Shown piece by piece: positions 1 through 10,672 of a stretch of 64,000 nt of DNA. Both the position numbers and the translations under genes were made by a program. Location of the stretch: the NCBI GenBank assembly GCA_905479095.1, contig CAJQLD010000021.1, positions 36,837 to 100,836 of the forward strand, read 5' to 3'. The stretch's first letter is position 1; each line of letters opens with the position of its first letter. Origin of the DNA: an uncultured Flavobacteriaceae bacterium (GTDB lineage: Bacteria > Bacteroidota > Bacteroidia > Flavobacteriales > Flavobacteriaceae). The notes below the pieces were generated by a model that saw nothing but the letters and a program-made list of their open reading frames with translations, did not search any database and was not told the origin of the DNA.

Positions 1-82
1 TAAGCACAAATCATCGCTTCCCCACTATCTGGTAGTAATGCTTTGGTACAGTGCTCACAAACAGGACGCATTTCTAACACGA

Positions 83-1774
83 TTATCTAATTAGCTTTTT
101 ATATTTGATTCGTTTTGGCATTAAATCGCCACCTAATCGTTGCTTTTTATTTTCTTCATATTCACTAAAACTCCCTTCGTAAAAGTAGACTTCAGAATTT
201 CCTTCAAACGCAAGAATATGGGTACAAACACGATCTAAAAACCAACGGTCGTGACTAATCACTACCGCACAGCCCGCGAAATTTTCGAGACCTTCTTCCA
301 AAGCTCGTAAGGTGTTTACATCCAAATCATTGGTTGGCTCATCTAAAAGCAGCACATTGCCTTCTTCTTTGAGGGTCATTGCTAAATGTAATCGGTTACG
401 TTCCCCACCAGAAAGCATATTTACTTTTTTATTTTGTTCACTCCCAGAAAAATTAAAACGACTTAGGTAAGCACGAGAATTTACTTGCCTCCCTCCCATC
501 ATAATTAACTCTTGTTCATCACTAAAATTCTGCCATATAGATTTTTCAGGATCAATGTTAGAATGACTTTGATCTACATAAGCGATTTTAGCAGTTTCAC
601 CGACTTTAAAACTTCCTTTGTCTGAGTTTTCTTCCCCCATAATCATTCGGAAAATAGTGGTTTTACCTGCGCCATTGGGTCCAATAATTCCAACAATACC
701 CGCTTGTGGGAGATTAAAATTTAAATTGTCATATAATAATTTATCATCATAGGCCTTGCTAACGCCTTCTGCTTCAATAACATTGGTTCCTAAACGAGGG
801 CCATTAGGAATGTATATTTCTAATTTTTCATCAAGTTGCTTTTGATCTTGATTCATTAATTTATCGTAGCTATTCAAACGTGCTTTTTGCTTCGTTTGAC
901 GGCCTTTGGCCCCTTGTCGGACCCATTCGAGTTCGCGTTCTAATGTTTTTTGACGTTTAGAAGCGGTTTTGCTTTCTTGAGCTAAACGTTTTGATTTTTG
1001 ATCTAACCATGACGAATAATTTCCTTTCCAAGGAATCCCTTCACCACGATCCAATTCTAAAATCCAACCCGCAACATTATCCAAGAAGTAACGGTCATGC
1101 GTTACCGCAATGACGGTCCCTTTATATTGCGCTAAATGATGTTCTAACCAATGAACCGATTCTGCATCCAAGTGGTTTGTAGGCTCATCTAACAATAAGA
1201 CATCAGGTTCTTGTAGTAGCAAGCGACAAAGGGCTACACGTCGGCGTTCACCTCCAGATAAAACGGCAATTTTTTTAGAACCATCAGGGGTTCTTAAGGC
1301 GTCCATCGCAATTTCTAATTTTGTATCTAACTCCCAAGCATTTGCAGCATCAATTTGATCTTGCAATTCCGCTTGACGGTTCATCAACTTTTCCATTCTA
1401 TCGGCATCAGAATATACTTCTTCTAACCCAAACATGTCATTGATTTTATTATATTCATCTAAAATTGCAACTGTTTCTGCAGCACCTTCACGCACAATTT
1501 CCATCACTGTTTTAGACTCGTCTAATTTTGGTTCTTGTTCTAAGTAGCCTACCGAGTAATCTTGTGAAAAAACCACATCCCCTTGGTAGTTTTTATCAAC
1601 TCCAGCAATAATTTTAAGTAAGGTTGATTTACCAGATCCGTTGAGTCCTAAAATTCCAATTTTAGCCCCATAAAAAAAACTAAGGTATATGTTTTTTAAA
1701 ACTGGCGTGTTTGCACTTTGGTAGGACTTCGTCACACCCGACATTGAAAAAATTATTTTTTTATCATCACTCAT
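83..1774 (-). CDS. ettA: Energy-dependent translational throttle protein EttA (ABC-F ATPase)
   Basis: Two ABC cassettes (GLNGSGKST/LSGGERRR/LLLDEPTNHLD and GPNGAGKTT/LSGGERNR/LLLDEPTNDLD) with inter-ABC linker and no TM segments; IYLSFFYGAKIG N-terminus typical of EttA. Confidence 0.9.
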   Translation of the reverse strand: MSDDKKIIFSMSGVTKSYQSANTPVLKNIYLSFFYGAKIGILGLNGSGKSTLLKIIAGVDKNYQGDVVFSQDYSVGYLEQEPKLDESKTVMEIVREGAAETVAILDEYNKINDMFGLEEVYSDADRMEKLMNRQAELQDQIDAANAWELDTKLEIAMDALRTPDGSKKIAVLSGGERRRVALCRLLLQEPDVLLLDEPTNHLDAESVHWLEHHLAQYKGTVIAVTHDRYFLDNVAGWILELDRGEGIPWKGNYSSWLDQKSKRLAQESKTASKRQKTLERELEWVRQGAKGRQTKQKARLNSYDKLMNQDQKQLDEKLEIYIPNGPRLGTNVIEAEGVSKAYDDKLLYDNLNFNLPQAGIVGIIGPNGAGKTTIFRMIMGEENSDKGSFKVGETAKIAYVDQSHSNIDPEKSIWQNFSDEQELIMMGGRQVNSRAYLSRFNFSGSEQNKKVNMLSGGERNRLHLAMTLKEEGNVLLLDEPTNDLDVNTLRALEEGLENFAGCAVVISHDRWFLDRVCTHILAFEGNSEVYFYEGSFSEYEENKKQRLGGDLMPKRIKYKKLIR

Positions 1775-1956
1775 TATACACGACCTTTTAAAGCATTAAA
1801 CACCCAAGCATTTGCAAAAAACCCAATTCCTACAGCAGCAAAGCCCCATCCTGCTACCTCATTATATCTAAAAGCGCCTAATGCGATTAAAGATATTCCT
1901 GTGAATATCATTATATATGTGGCCCAAGCCAGTACTGTGTTTTTATTCATTGCCAT
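1774..1956 (-). CDS. Small two-TM membrane protein (CAL67264-like flavobacterial family)
   Basis: MAMNKNTVLAWAT...FRYNEVAGWGFAAVGIGFF; start moved to ATG 1956 because the ORF-track start overlaps pirin. Confidence 0.65.
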   Translation of the reverse strand: MAMNKNTVLAWATYIMIFTGISLIALGAFRYNEVAGWGFAAVGIGFFANAWVFNALKGRV

Positions 1957-2005
1957 AATTAAAATTTTTATAATTGCAAATATCGTTAATTTGAGTGTAA
2001 CTTGT

Positions 2006-2737
2006 TTAGCTTTCATTGAAAGTTACAGGAACTTCAATAAATAAGAGCTGTGAATCTTCTGAAGCTTCGATTTTAAAGTCATCTGTTTCAGAAATACCCA
2101 CCGCATCTCTCGATTGTAATTGTGTTGTGTCAATTTTTGAGGCTCCATAAATCTGCATCACATAAACCCCATGATGCGATGATTTCACAGGATAGTCAAA
2201 CGATGTATTCGCAGCTAAATTTAGTCTGGAAATTTGTGCATCCTGATGAATTTTCAAACTCTTGTTAGCAGTTCCTTCATCAATCGATGCCACTAAAACT
2301 TGAAGCTCCCCATCGGATAAGGGTTCAAAATAGTGTTGATCATATCTTGGCGTGACATTATTTTTATTGGGTAGAATCCAAATTTGAAATAAACTTAAAA
2401 ACTCTGAAGCCGATCCGTTTATTTCTGAATGCTGAATCCCTGTACCAGCAGACATCACTTGAACTTCACCTGCTTTGACTTCTTCCCAAACATTTCCCAT
2501 AGAATCTTTATGTTTCAAAAGACCCGATAATGGAATGGTGATAATTTCCATATTGTCATGTGGATGCGTCCCAAATCCCATACTGGGTGCTATTAGATCA
2601 TCATTTAAAACTCTTAGGGCACCAAAATTCATTTTTTCTGGATTATAATAATTCGCAAAACTAAAGGAATGGTTTGCCTGTAACCAGCCATGATTTGCGG
2701 ATCCTCTAGAAGTAGCACTATGGAAAATTAATTTCAT
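2006..2737 (-). CDS. Pirin family protein (YhhW-like bicupin)
   Basis: RGSANHGWL, FSFANYYNP, FGALRVLNDD, GFGTHPHDNMEI, SAGTGIQHSE pirin motifs. Confidence 0.92.
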   Translation of the reverse strand: MKLIFHSATSRGSANHGWLQANHSFSFANYYNPEKMNFGALRVLNDDLIAPSMGFGTHPHDNMEIITIPLSGLLKHKDSMGNVWEEVKAGEVQVMSAGTGIQHSEINGSASEFLSLFQIWILPNKNNVTPRYDQHYFEPLSDGELQVLVASIDEGTANKSLKIHQDAQISRLNLAANTSFDYPVKSSHHGVYVMQIYGASKIDTTQLQSRDAVGISETDDFKIEASEDSQLLFIEVPVTFNES

Positions 2738-2821
2738 TTATAAATATATTTATAATTGTTCGTTAAACAAAAACTTGAAACCAAAGAATATTGTTATTTT
2801 TGTTCCACAAATATAAGAGTC

Positions 2822-4450
2822 ATGGATTTAAACTTCAACAAAAACGAAGATTATAATAAACTACTCGTAAGGGATCTTAACAAGCGTTTAGCTTCTGTTA
2901 AATTGGGTGGTGGAGCCTCCAAAATTACAAAAGAACACACAAAAGGTAAGTTAACCGCTCGAGAACGTATTGATTATTTATTAGATCCAAAATCCAAATC
3001 CATTGAAATTGGAGCCTTTGCTGGCGATAAAATGTATGAATCACACGGTGGCTGTCCTTCGGGTGGTGTAGTTGTTAAAATTGGCTATATCAAAGGGAAA
3101 CAATGCATTGTGGTTGCCAATGATGCCACGGTAAAAGCGGGTGCTTGGTTTCCAATCACGGCTAAAAAAAACCTCCGAGCTCAAGAAATCGCCATAGAAA
3201 ATAAATTACCCATTATTTATTTGGTAGATTCTGCGGGTGTTTACTTGCCATTACAAGACGAAATATTCCCTGATAAAGAACACTTTGGACGAATTTTTAG
3301 AAACAATGCACAAATGAGTAGTATGGGAATCACTCAAATTTCGGCCATCATGGGCAGTTGTGTGGCTGGTGGCGCCTATTTACCCATTATGAGTGACGAA
3401 GCCATTATTGTTGATAAAACGGCCAGTATTTTTTTAGCAGGAAGTTATTTAGTAAAAGCAGCGATTGGTGAGTCTATTGATAATGAAACACTTGGCGGTG
3501 CAACTACCCACTGCGAAATTAGTGGTGTAACCGACTATAAAGCAAAAGATGATGCCGATGCACTCGACAAAATCAAATCCATTATGGATAAAATAGGAGA
3601 TTTTGATTTAGCAGGCTATAACAAAAAAAAACCTAAAAATCCCAAAGAAAATCCTGAAGAACTTTTTGGAATTCTTCCAAAATCAAGAGCAGATCAATAT
3701 GATATGTATGAAATTATCAAACGGTTGGTTGATGGCTCTGAATTAGAAGAATACAAAGCTGATTATGGAAAAACAATCATTACAGGCTATGCACGCATAG
3801 ATGGCTGGGCCGTTGGGATTGTTGCTAATCAGCGTAAATTAGTCAAAACATCGACTGGAGAAATGCAGTTTGGAGGGGTCATATACAATGACAGTGCCGA
3901 TAAATCCACTCGCTTTATCGCAAACTGTAATCAGAAAAAAATACCCTTAGTTTTCATACAAGATGTCACCGGATTTATGGTGGGCAGTAAAAGTGAACAC
4001 AGTGGCATTATAAAAGATGGTGCGAAGATGGTCAATGCAGTCAGTAATAGTGTGGTGCCAAAATTTACAGTTATTATAGGAAATAGCTACGGCGCAGGAA
4101 ATTATGCGATGTGCGGAAAGGCCTATGACCCACGACTGATCGTTGCTTGGCCAAGTGCCGAATTAGCTGTGATGAGTGGAAACAGCGCTGCAAAAGTATT
4201 GTTACAAATCGAGAAAGCCTCTCTAAAGAAAACTGGTGAGACCATTACACCCGAAAAAGAAGCTGAATTATTCGATAAAATTAAAGCGCGCTACGATGAT
4301 CAAGTATCTCCTTATTATGCTGCTGCTAGACTATGGACGGATGCCATCATTGATCCTACTGATACACGTGATTGGATTAGTATGGGGATTGAAGCCGCTA
4401 ACAATGCACCAATTAAAAAAGCATTCAATATGGGGGTGACGCAGGTTTAA
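2822..4450 (+). CDS. Acyl-CoA carboxylase carboxyltransferase beta subunit (methylcrotonyl-CoA carboxylase beta-like)
   Basis: KLTARERI, VANDATVKAGAW, YLVDSAG, GSCVAGGAY, QDVTGFMVG, GNSYGAGNYAMCG; probable start ATG 2822 (MDLNFNKNED) after a TATTTTTG box at 2795-2802. Confidence 0.9.
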   Translation: MDLNFNKNEDYNKLLVRDLNKRLASVKLGGGASKITKEHTKGKLTARERIDYLLDPKSKSIEIGAFAGDKMYESHGGCPSGGVVVKIGYIKGKQCIVVANDATVKAGAWFPITAKKNLRAQEIAIENKLPIIYLVDSAGVYLPLQDEIFPDKEHFGRIFRNNAQMSSMGITQISAIMGSCVAGGAYLPIMSDEAIIVDKTASIFLAGSYLVKAAIGESIDNETLGGATTHCEISGVTDYKAKDDADALDKIKSIMDKIGDFDLAGYNKKKPKNPKENPEELFGILPKSRADQYDMYEIIKRLVDGSELEEYKADYGKTIITGYARIDGWAVGIVANQRKLVKTSTGEMQFGGVIYNDSADKSTRFIANCNQKKIPLVFIQDVTGFMVGSKSEHSGIIKDGAKMVNAVSNSVVPKFTVIIGNSYGAGNYAMCGKAYDPRLIVAWPSAELAVMSGNSAAKVLLQIEKASLKKTGETITPEKEAELFDKIKARYDDQVSPYYAAARLWTDAIIDPTDTRDWISMGIEAANNAPIKKAFNMGVTQV

Positions 4451-5576
4451 TTTGAAGGAGCGTTTCCTGACGCTTTATCTTTCCAGATAAAGTTTCCTTA
4501 AATTGATCTATATAATAAACATGCTTTGGCCGTTTTATTGGATCTATAGTATCAAAATTTAAAGTGTCATAAGGAGATAAACGTTCTATGACCATCACCA
4601 CAACCTCACCTAACTTATCATCTTTTAGAGACGATACAAAAAAACGTTCTTCAATAAACCCTTCGAGTTGTTGCTCTAATTGTTCCGGGGATATTTTAAT
4701 ACCTCCCGAATTAATAATCGAATCATACCGACCTATCCATTCAAAAGAAGTTTTAGAAATCAGTTTTACAATATCATTTGTTTGAATGGGAGTTGAAACT
4801 AATTCGGGTGCCTCAATACTTAAACAACTACGTGAATCTACCTTGATAGAAACTGAAGGAAACACTTCAAAAAACGAAAGTGTAGATCTTATTTTCTTAA
4901 CCGCAATATGACTCACGGTTTCAGTCATCCCAAAAGTTTCATAACAATTTGCCGATGAATTATTTAATTTAATTCTCAAAGTATTGGAAAGTTTTGCACC
5001 GCCAACAATGAGTGTTTTTATCTGATGTAAATGTTGAATTGAATTTTCAAGCTGCAAGGGGACCATCGCACAAAAATCATACGATTTAGACACGGATTTT
5101 AAGGGAGTCGAACTCGGCTCGACTACCTCTAATTCTAAACCTAAAACATAGGCTCTCACAAACATCATTTTAGCAGCGATATAGGAGTATGGCAAACATG
5201 ACAAAGCGGAGTTTCCAGGCCGTAATTTAAAGTAATCTCCTGTCGCAATGGCAGAATTAACCATCGCTTGTTTGGACATTAAAATCTTTTTTGGAGTGCC
5301 GGTTGACCCCGAAGTTTGAAGCGTAATGTCTGAATTTGAATCAATCCATTGGTGAATAAAAAGCCCTATAGGTTCTTGAAAGCCCTCTCCTACTTTGATA
5401 TACCGATCAGCAAGGGTTGACAACCCTAAATTATCATAAAAAATGCCGTTCAATTTGAACGAGGCATGTGGTTGACTGTATGTTCTTTTTCGATTCAACG
5501 CTTTATAAATAGTGATTTGCTTAATTAATCGTCTTTTAGTACGGAGCCTGTTAATTTTTCTTTCCAGTTGGTCCAT
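4425..5576 (-). CDS. menE: O-succinylbenzoate-CoA ligase (short AMP-binding protein)
   Basis: TSGSTGTPK AMP-binding loop, ETFGMTET, GRYDSIINSGGIKISPE, TLSGKIKR; lies in men cluster; true start probably downstream (e.g. TTG 5498) since the track start overlaps the next gene. Confidence 0.8.
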   Translation of the reverse strand: MDQLERKINRLRTKRRLIKQITIYKALNRKRTYSQPHASFKLNGIFYDNLGLSTLADRYIKVGEGFQEPIGLFIHQWIDSNSDITLQTSGSTGTPKKILMSKQAMVNSAIATGDYFKLRPGNSALSCLPYSYIAAKMMFVRAYVLGLELEVVEPSSTPLKSVSKSYDFCAMVPLQLENSIQHLHQIKTLIVGGAKLSNTLRIKLNNSSANCYETFGMTETVSHIAVKKIRSTLSFFEVFPSVSIKVDSRSCLSIEAPELVSTPIQTNDIVKLISKTSFEWIGRYDSIINSGGIKISPEQLEQQLEGFIEERFFVSSLKDDKLGEVVVMVIERLSPYDTLNFDTIDPIKRPKHVYYIDQFKETLSGKIKRQETLLQIKPASPPY

Positions 5577-6454
5577 TTATAGACTTTTGCGAAAATGTAA
5601 ATTAGAATCGGATATATAATTAATACGGAGGTAAATATTTCAACCGATCCAATATCTGGATCTGAAATATCCCTAAGAATCGAATTGGTTTGAAACGCGG
5701 TCCAATCTGCAGTAACTAAAAGGGCTGTGAATAAGTTATTCGCTGCATGAAATCCTAAGGCTAACTCCATCCCTTCATCCATCAAGGTGATAATTCCTAA
5801 AAAGAATCCTGTTCCAATATAATGTACTAATAAGATGTATCCCAATTTTTCAATTTCTGGGTTGGCAATATGAAGGAGTCCAAACGAAACCGAGGTCACC
5901 ACCAAAGGCACCCATTTATTTTTACATAACACCCCAATGCCTTGCATCAGATAGCCTCTAAATAGATATTCTTCAAAACTAGTTTGAAGCGGGACTAAAA
6001 CAATAGCAATGACTGCTAAGGTTAAAAATGGAACCAATTTAAAATTATACACATAATCCTCTGGTGACATCAAATAATCAACTAGGACCAGTCCACTTGA
6101 AATAATTCCCCAAAATAAGAATGAGAACCAAAAACGTTTCCAATCAATTTTTGATCTGGATGTTGTTAAACTTTTTATAGATTGTTTGTGTAAAAATTTC
6201 GCCACAAAAAATACGCCTGCAAGGCCAACGGCGAATGACAAAAGCATGAGGAATAAGTTCAAATTAGACTCTAAAAGTCCCATCATTTCATTCATATCTA
6301 ATTTCGAAAGATCCATTCCGGCCTCCACTGCTTTGGCAATTAAAGCGACTGTATAAGGAATTTGACCTAAAGTGACCGCAATGACAATGATGAGGACGCC
6401 TATGAGGTATAGCCACCAGTCGTGTTTGATATTAAATGCTTGTTTGATATACAT
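5525..6454 (-). CDS. CPBP (Abi/CAAX) family intramembrane metalloprotease
   Basis: Multi-TM; FEEYLFRGY, FGLLH and HAANN catalytic motifs. Confidence 0.88.
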   Translation of the reverse strand: MYIKQAFNIKHDWWLYLIGVLIIVIAVTLGQIPYTVALIAKAVEAGMDLSKLDMNEMMGLLESNLNLFLMLLSFAVGLAGVFFVAKFLHKQSIKSLTTSRSKIDWKRFWFSFLFWGIISSGLVLVDYLMSPEDYVYNFKLVPFLTLAVIAIVLVPLQTSFEEYLFRGYLMQGIGVLCKNKWVPLVVTSVSFGLLHIANPEIEKLGYILLVHYIGTGFFLGIITLMDEGMELALGFHAANNLFTALLVTADWTAFQTNSILRDISDPDIGSVEIFTSVLIIYPILIYIFAKVYKWTNWKEKLTGSVLKDD

Positions 6455-6457
6455 AAA

Positions 6458-7492
6458 TTAAAATTTTAAATTCCACGTTGTTTTTAAATCATAAAATAAT
6501 TGACCCGAGTTGACCATTAAGGGCGCTTGAATGTTATTGTTAAACAAACCGCCTGTTCCTAACCCCTGAGGAAGCGGACTTTTTAGTCCATAGGTCCATT
6601 GCGCAATCGCGTTCAATCCAATGTTACTTTCTAATGCACTAGTCACCCACCACCCAATAGAATTTGATGTTGCTAAGTTAATCCATTCTTGACTGCCACC
6701 AAAACCGCCGACGAGTGTCGGTTTCAGGATTATATATTGAGGGTTGATCGTTTCTAGTAACAGCTGTTTTTTTAGTAGTGGAAATACTCCAATCAGCTCT
6801 TCGTCCAATGCTATAGGCAATGGTGTTTGAGCACATAATCTAGCCATTTCTTGAGGTTGACCCTGTTGAATTGGTTGCTCAATTGAATGTAAGCTATATT
6901 CTGAAAGTCGTTTTAATTTTTCTAAGGCTTCATCTGGTTTGAAAGCGCCATTAGCATCCACACGTATTTCGATGGTTTGCGCATCAAATTCGGTTCGGAT
7001 AGATTTTATAAGTTCGAGTTCACTCTGAAAATCGATGGCACCAATTTTAAGTTTTAAACATGAAAAACCATCCTTAAGTTTATCCTTAATTTGCTGTTTC
7101 ATCTGGTGAGCATCGCCCATCCATATCAAACCATTAATAGGGATTGAGTCCTGACCTCTGGTAAAATCTGACGGAAATAATTCAAAAGAGTCCTTCTGTT
7201 TCAGTGATAAAAATGCCATTTCTAATCCAAATTGAATCGAAGGAAACTCTACTAGATTACTTAGTAAAACCGCAAGACCTAAATTGATGTTTTGACATAC
7301 CCAACTAAGTTTTTCTTCAAAATCGTCACGGTCATCAATGCTCAATCCTCTAAACATTCCACACTCTCCAATCCCTTTTAAAGAATCCGCTTCAAGTTGG
7401 ATAAACCAGGTGTCTTTGTAAGTTAAAACCCCACGAGACGTACCGCTTGGTTGTTTAAATTGAAGTTGGTATTTAAAGAAATTTGCCTGCAT
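6458..7492 (-). CDS. menC: O-succinylbenzoate synthase (enolase superfamily)
   Basis: KLKIG, RVDANG, IEQP, ALDEEL, ILKPTLVGG, SALES; men cluster context. Confidence 0.88.
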   Translation of the reverse strand: MQANFFKYQLQFKQPSGTSRGVLTYKDTWFIQLEADSLKGIGECGMFRGLSIDDRDDFEEKLSWVCQNINLGLAVLLSNLVEFPSIQFGLEMAFLSLKQKDSFELFPSDFTRGQDSIPINGLIWMGDAHQMKQQIKDKLKDGFSCLKLKIGAIDFQSELELIKSIRTEFDAQTIEIRVDANGAFKPDEALEKLKRLSEYSLHSIEQPIQQGQPQEMARLCAQTPLPIALDEELIGVFPLLKKQLLLETINPQYIILKPTLVGGFGGSQEWINLATSNSIGWWVTSALESNIGLNAIAQWTYGLKSPLPQGLGTGGLFNNNIQAPLMVNSGQLFYDLKTTWNLKF

Positions 7493-7551
7493 CTAAGGAA
7501 TTGAAAAAATTGAATTAATTAATTTACAAGTTAAAAATTATAGGTTTGCCT

Positions 7552-8448
7552 CTATAAAAGTGAGACGCTAAACAGCAGTGCTAGACCAAATGTTGAAAGC
7601 GCCAAAACTTTGAGTTGAGGGTCATAATTTTTAGGATCCTCTATTTTGCGAATACTAATGAGGTGAATCCCTAAGGGAACGAAAGCAACTAGAACTAAAA
7701 AGATTGAATTATCGGCATAAAAAAACGAATAAACTCCCATTAGAACCATCGCAATAACCACTAAAAATTGATGATATATTTTAGACCGATTAAAACCTAA
7801 ATAGCCTGCTAAGGTGTGCTTGTTTGATAATTTGTCAGATACTAAATCACGCATATTGTTCAAGTTGAGCACCCCTGCACTTAAAAGTCCGATCGAACTC
7901 GCCGGCAAGAGCATTAAAAAATCAAGTTGTTTGGAATATAAAAAATAGGTACCTAAGACACTAAGCCAACCAAAAAACAAAAAGACCATTACATCACCCA
8001 ATGCTTTATATCCGTAGGCAGAAGCCCCAACCGTATATTTAATTGCTGCCACAATCGCTAAAATTCCAAGAATGATGAACACCAATGACGTTAAAAATTG
8101 ATCAGCTCCAAAAGCATGATAGATTAGAGTCACAACTAAAATGAGACAAATAACAACATTAATAACAATCGCATTTCGCATCTGTTTTGGACTGATGATA
8201 CCACTTTGTAAGGCCCGTTCTGGACCAATACGATTTTCATTGTCAGTACCTTTAACACCATCGCCATAATCGTTTGCAAGATTAGATAGAATTTGTAAAC
8301 TTAAAGTTGTTATGATAGTTAAAACAAATACCGTTTGATTAAAAAACCCCTCTGAATAAGCAACTCCGGACCCTAGTATAGCTCCTGAAATTGAGAGTGG
8401 CAATGTTCTGAGTCGACAGGCAGAAATCCATGCTTTAAATTTTCTCAT
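7552..8448 (-). CDS. menA: 1,4-dihydroxy-2-naphthoate polyprenyltransferase
   Basis: RLRTLPLS, NLANDYGDGVKGTD, LNLNNMRD UbiA-family motifs; start placed at ATG 8448 just after menB stop. Confidence 0.92.
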   Translation of the reverse strand: MRKFKAWISACRLRTLPLSISGAILGSGVAYSEGFFNQTVFVLTIITTLSLQILSNLANDYGDGVKGTDNENRIGPERALQSGIISPKQMRNAIVINVVICLILVVTLIYHAFGADQFLTSLVFIILGILAIVAAIKYTVGASAYGYKALGDVMVFLFFGWLSVLGTYFLYSKQLDFLMLLPASSIGLLSAGVLNLNNMRDLVSDKLSNKHTLAGYLGFNRSKIYHQFLVVIAMVLMGVYSFFYADNSIFLVLVAFVPLGIHLISIRKIEDPKNYDPQLKVLALSTFGLALLFSVSLL

Positions 8449-8449
8449 A

Positions 8450-9289
8450 CTATGGAATCCATTTTTTTTCAAAATTTGGGGGGCGTTTTTCCAAAAAGGC
8501 ATCTCGGCCTTCTTTAGCTTCGTCGGTCATATACGCTAATCGGGTTGCTTCCCCTGCAAATACTTGCTGCCCTACCATACCATCATCGGTAAGGTTCATG
8601 GCAAACTTGAGCATTTTAATCGATATTGGAGATTTTGCTAAAATTTCTTGCGCCCACTCATAGGCCGTTGCTTCTAAATCTGCATGCGGGACCACCGCAT
8701 TAACCATACCCATATCAAACGCTTCTTGGGCGTTATAATTTCTTCCTAAGAAAAATATTTCTCTGGCTTTTTTCTGTCCTACCATTTTAGCTAAGTAGGC
8801 AGATCCATAGCCACCATCGAAACTGGTAACATCGGCATCTGTCTGCTTAAAAATAGCATGTTCTTTACTCGCTAGCGTCAAATCACAAATCACATGTAAA
8901 CTATGACCGCCACCAACAGCCCAACCTGGCACAACTGCAATGACCGCTTTTGGCATGAACCGAATAAGACGTTGAACTTCTAGAATATTTAAGCGGTGGT
9001 ACCCATCATCGCCTACATAGCCTTCGTGACCACGGGCTTTTTGATCGCCGCCACTACAAAATGAATAAATGCCATCTTTTGGAGAAGGACCTTCAGCACT
9101 TAATAAAACCACACCAATGCTTGTATCTTCATTTGCGTCATATAACGCTTGGTATAGCTCAAGAGTTGTTTTGGGTCTAAAAGCATTTCTAACCTCAGGG
9201 CGATTAAATGCAATACGGGCTACGCCATTACATTTTTTATAGGTAATATCTTCATATTCATTAACAGTTTTCCATTGTATACTAGGCAT
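8450..9289 (-). CDS. menB: 1,4-dihydroxy-2-naphthoyl-CoA synthase
   Basis: FNRPEVRNAFRP, FCSGGDQ, GWAVGGGHSLH, SFDGGYGS, QKKAREIFF. Confidence 0.96.
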   Translation of the reverse strand: MPSIQWKTVNEYEDITYKKCNGVARIAFNRPEVRNAFRPKTTLELYQALYDANEDTSIGVVLLSAEGPSPKDGIYSFCSGGDQKARGHEGYVGDDGYHRLNILEVQRLIRFMPKAVIAVVPGWAVGGGHSLHVICDLTLASKEHAIFKQTDADVTSFDGGYGSAYLAKMVGQKKAREIFFLGRNYNAQEAFDMGMVNAVVPHADLEATAYEWAQEILAKSPISIKMLKFAMNLTDDGMVGQQVFAGEATRLAYMTDEAKEGRDAFLEKRPPNFEKKWIP

Positions 9290-9301
9290 GAAAGTACAGT
9301 T

Positions 9302-10138
9302 TTATGTGGTTAAATAAATACCATCTAATTCAATTCGAATTTGACGTTGTTTGTAAAGAGTTCCAACTGCTTTTTTGAAGCTTTTCTTACTCATTTGAAC
9401 TACTGATTTAATCGCTTCTGGTGATGATTTATCGGTTAGTTTCAAACAACCGTCTTCGTTGTTTTCCAAAAACTCTAATATCGCTTGAGCATTTGGCTCA
9501 ATATTTCGATACCCAATTTTATCGAGTGTGATATCTAATTTATTACCTGGACGAATTTTTTTCACTATTCCTTTTAACTTATCACCAATACTAAGATCTT
9601 TAAATAAATCTTGATTAAAAATTAAGCCTAAATGAGATTTATTTACAATGACATTCATTCCTAAATCAGAGGGGTGAGATACGATCAAATCAACTTCATC
9701 GAAAGCGAGTACTGAAAGTTCTTTATTATCTAAAAAACGATTTGTTTTACTCGAAGCTACTAAGCGCTCAGAAGTTTCATCTAAATAACAATACACCAAA
9801 TACCAGCCACCAGCTTTCATTGGAAATGCTTGCTCTCTGAAGGGACAAAATAGTTCTTTAACTAATCCCCAATCTAGAAAGGCTCCAAATTCGTTAACAG
9901 AGTTACAACGAAGCAATGAGAATTCTCCTTTTTTAATGTAAGGATGATCCGTCACAGCGACCAATCGTTCTTCATTATCTAAATAGACAAAAACCTCAAT
10001 GGTATCATCTATTTCAAATGTATCGGGGACATATCGATTTGGAAGTAAAACCTCTTGATCTTCGCCATCTCCCAAAAACAATCCTGGTTCTGTATCTCTT
10101 AGAATTGTAAGCGTATTGTAGTCTCCTATGTGTATCAT
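9302..10138 (-). CDS. cvfB: CvfB family S1 RNA-binding protein
   Basis: Repeated S1-like segments (GLFL..EVLLPNRY, GAFLDWGLVKELFCP), C-terminal SKKSFKKAVGTLYKQRQI winged helix. Confidence 0.85.
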   Translation of the reverse strand: MIHIGDYNTLTILRDTEPGLFLGDGEDQEVLLPNRYVPDTFEIDDTIEVFVYLDNEERLVAVTDHPYIKKGEFSLLRCNSVNEFGAFLDWGLVKELFCPFREQAFPMKAGGWYLVYCYLDETSERLVASSKTNRFLDNKELSVLAFDEVDLIVSHPSDLGMNVIVNKSHLGLIFNQDLFKDLSIGDKLKGIVKKIRPGNKLDITLDKIGYRNIEPNAQAILEFLENNEDGCLKLTDKSSPEAIKSVVQMSKKSFKKAVGTLYKQRQIRIELDGIYLTT

Positions 10139-10142
10139 GCCA

Positions 10143-10150
10143 CAAAGGTA
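10143..10150 (-). promoter_or_regulatory. Bacteroidota sigma-70 -7 box (TACCTTTG) for cvfB
   Basis: Exact TAnnTTTG match just upstream of the start codon. Confidence 0.6.
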
Positions 10151-10171
10151 AGAATAATAGAGGGAGAAAAT

Positions 10172-10200
10172 AAAAAAAGCGTCACAACAAATTGTGACGC
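10172..10200 (-). terminator. Intrinsic terminator after DUF2853 gene
   Basis: GCGTCACAA-caaa-TTGTGACGC 9-bp stem with a T-run on the minus strand. Confidence 0.8.
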
Positions 10201-10224
10201 TAAAGAATTAGATTTAATGGGATA

Positions 10225-10563
10225 TTAATACACTGATTCTTTTCCAAAATGCTTAACCAATAAATAATAAACTACCGCACGGTATTTATTTCGATTAGAG
10301 CGTCCATACTGCTCCAAAACTTTATCAATACCTTCTTTTAATTTGTCATTTCCTGAAAGTCCTAATTTTTTAATTAAAAAATTATTTCGAACGGTATCCA
10401 ACTCTGATTCGTCCGTTCCAGAGACCGTACTAGAATCTTTATTATAGATCGAAGGCCCACATCCTATCGTAACTTTTCGAAGTAAATCCACATCAGGTTT
10501 AACACTACATTTTTCTCTTAAATCACTGGCATACTTTTCAATGAGTTCATCTCTTTTGTTCAT
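10225..10563 (-). CDS. DUF2853 family protein
   Basis: GCGPSIY..D, NFLIKKLGL, RNKYRAVVYYLL pattern recalled for DUF2853. Confidence 0.8.
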   Translation of the reverse strand: MNKRDELIEKYASDLREKCSVKPDVDLLRKVTIGCGPSIYNKDSSTVSGTDESELDTVRNNFLIKKLGLSGNDKLKEGIDKVLEQYGRSNRNKYRAVVYYLLVKHFGKESVY

Positions 10564-10672
10564 AACAAGTTTATTTAAATTAGATTTGATTTAGATGTCA
10601 TTAACACCTTGTATTAGTTAAGACACCGTCTTAAAAATAAAGTCACATTTAAATAAAAATTAATTAGAAATA

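Noticed and set aside
1-89. Open plus-strand frame at the window start (...STNHRFPLSGSNALVQCSQTGRISNTII*)
   Set aside because: Possibly the tail of a gene converging on ettA, but too short to assign
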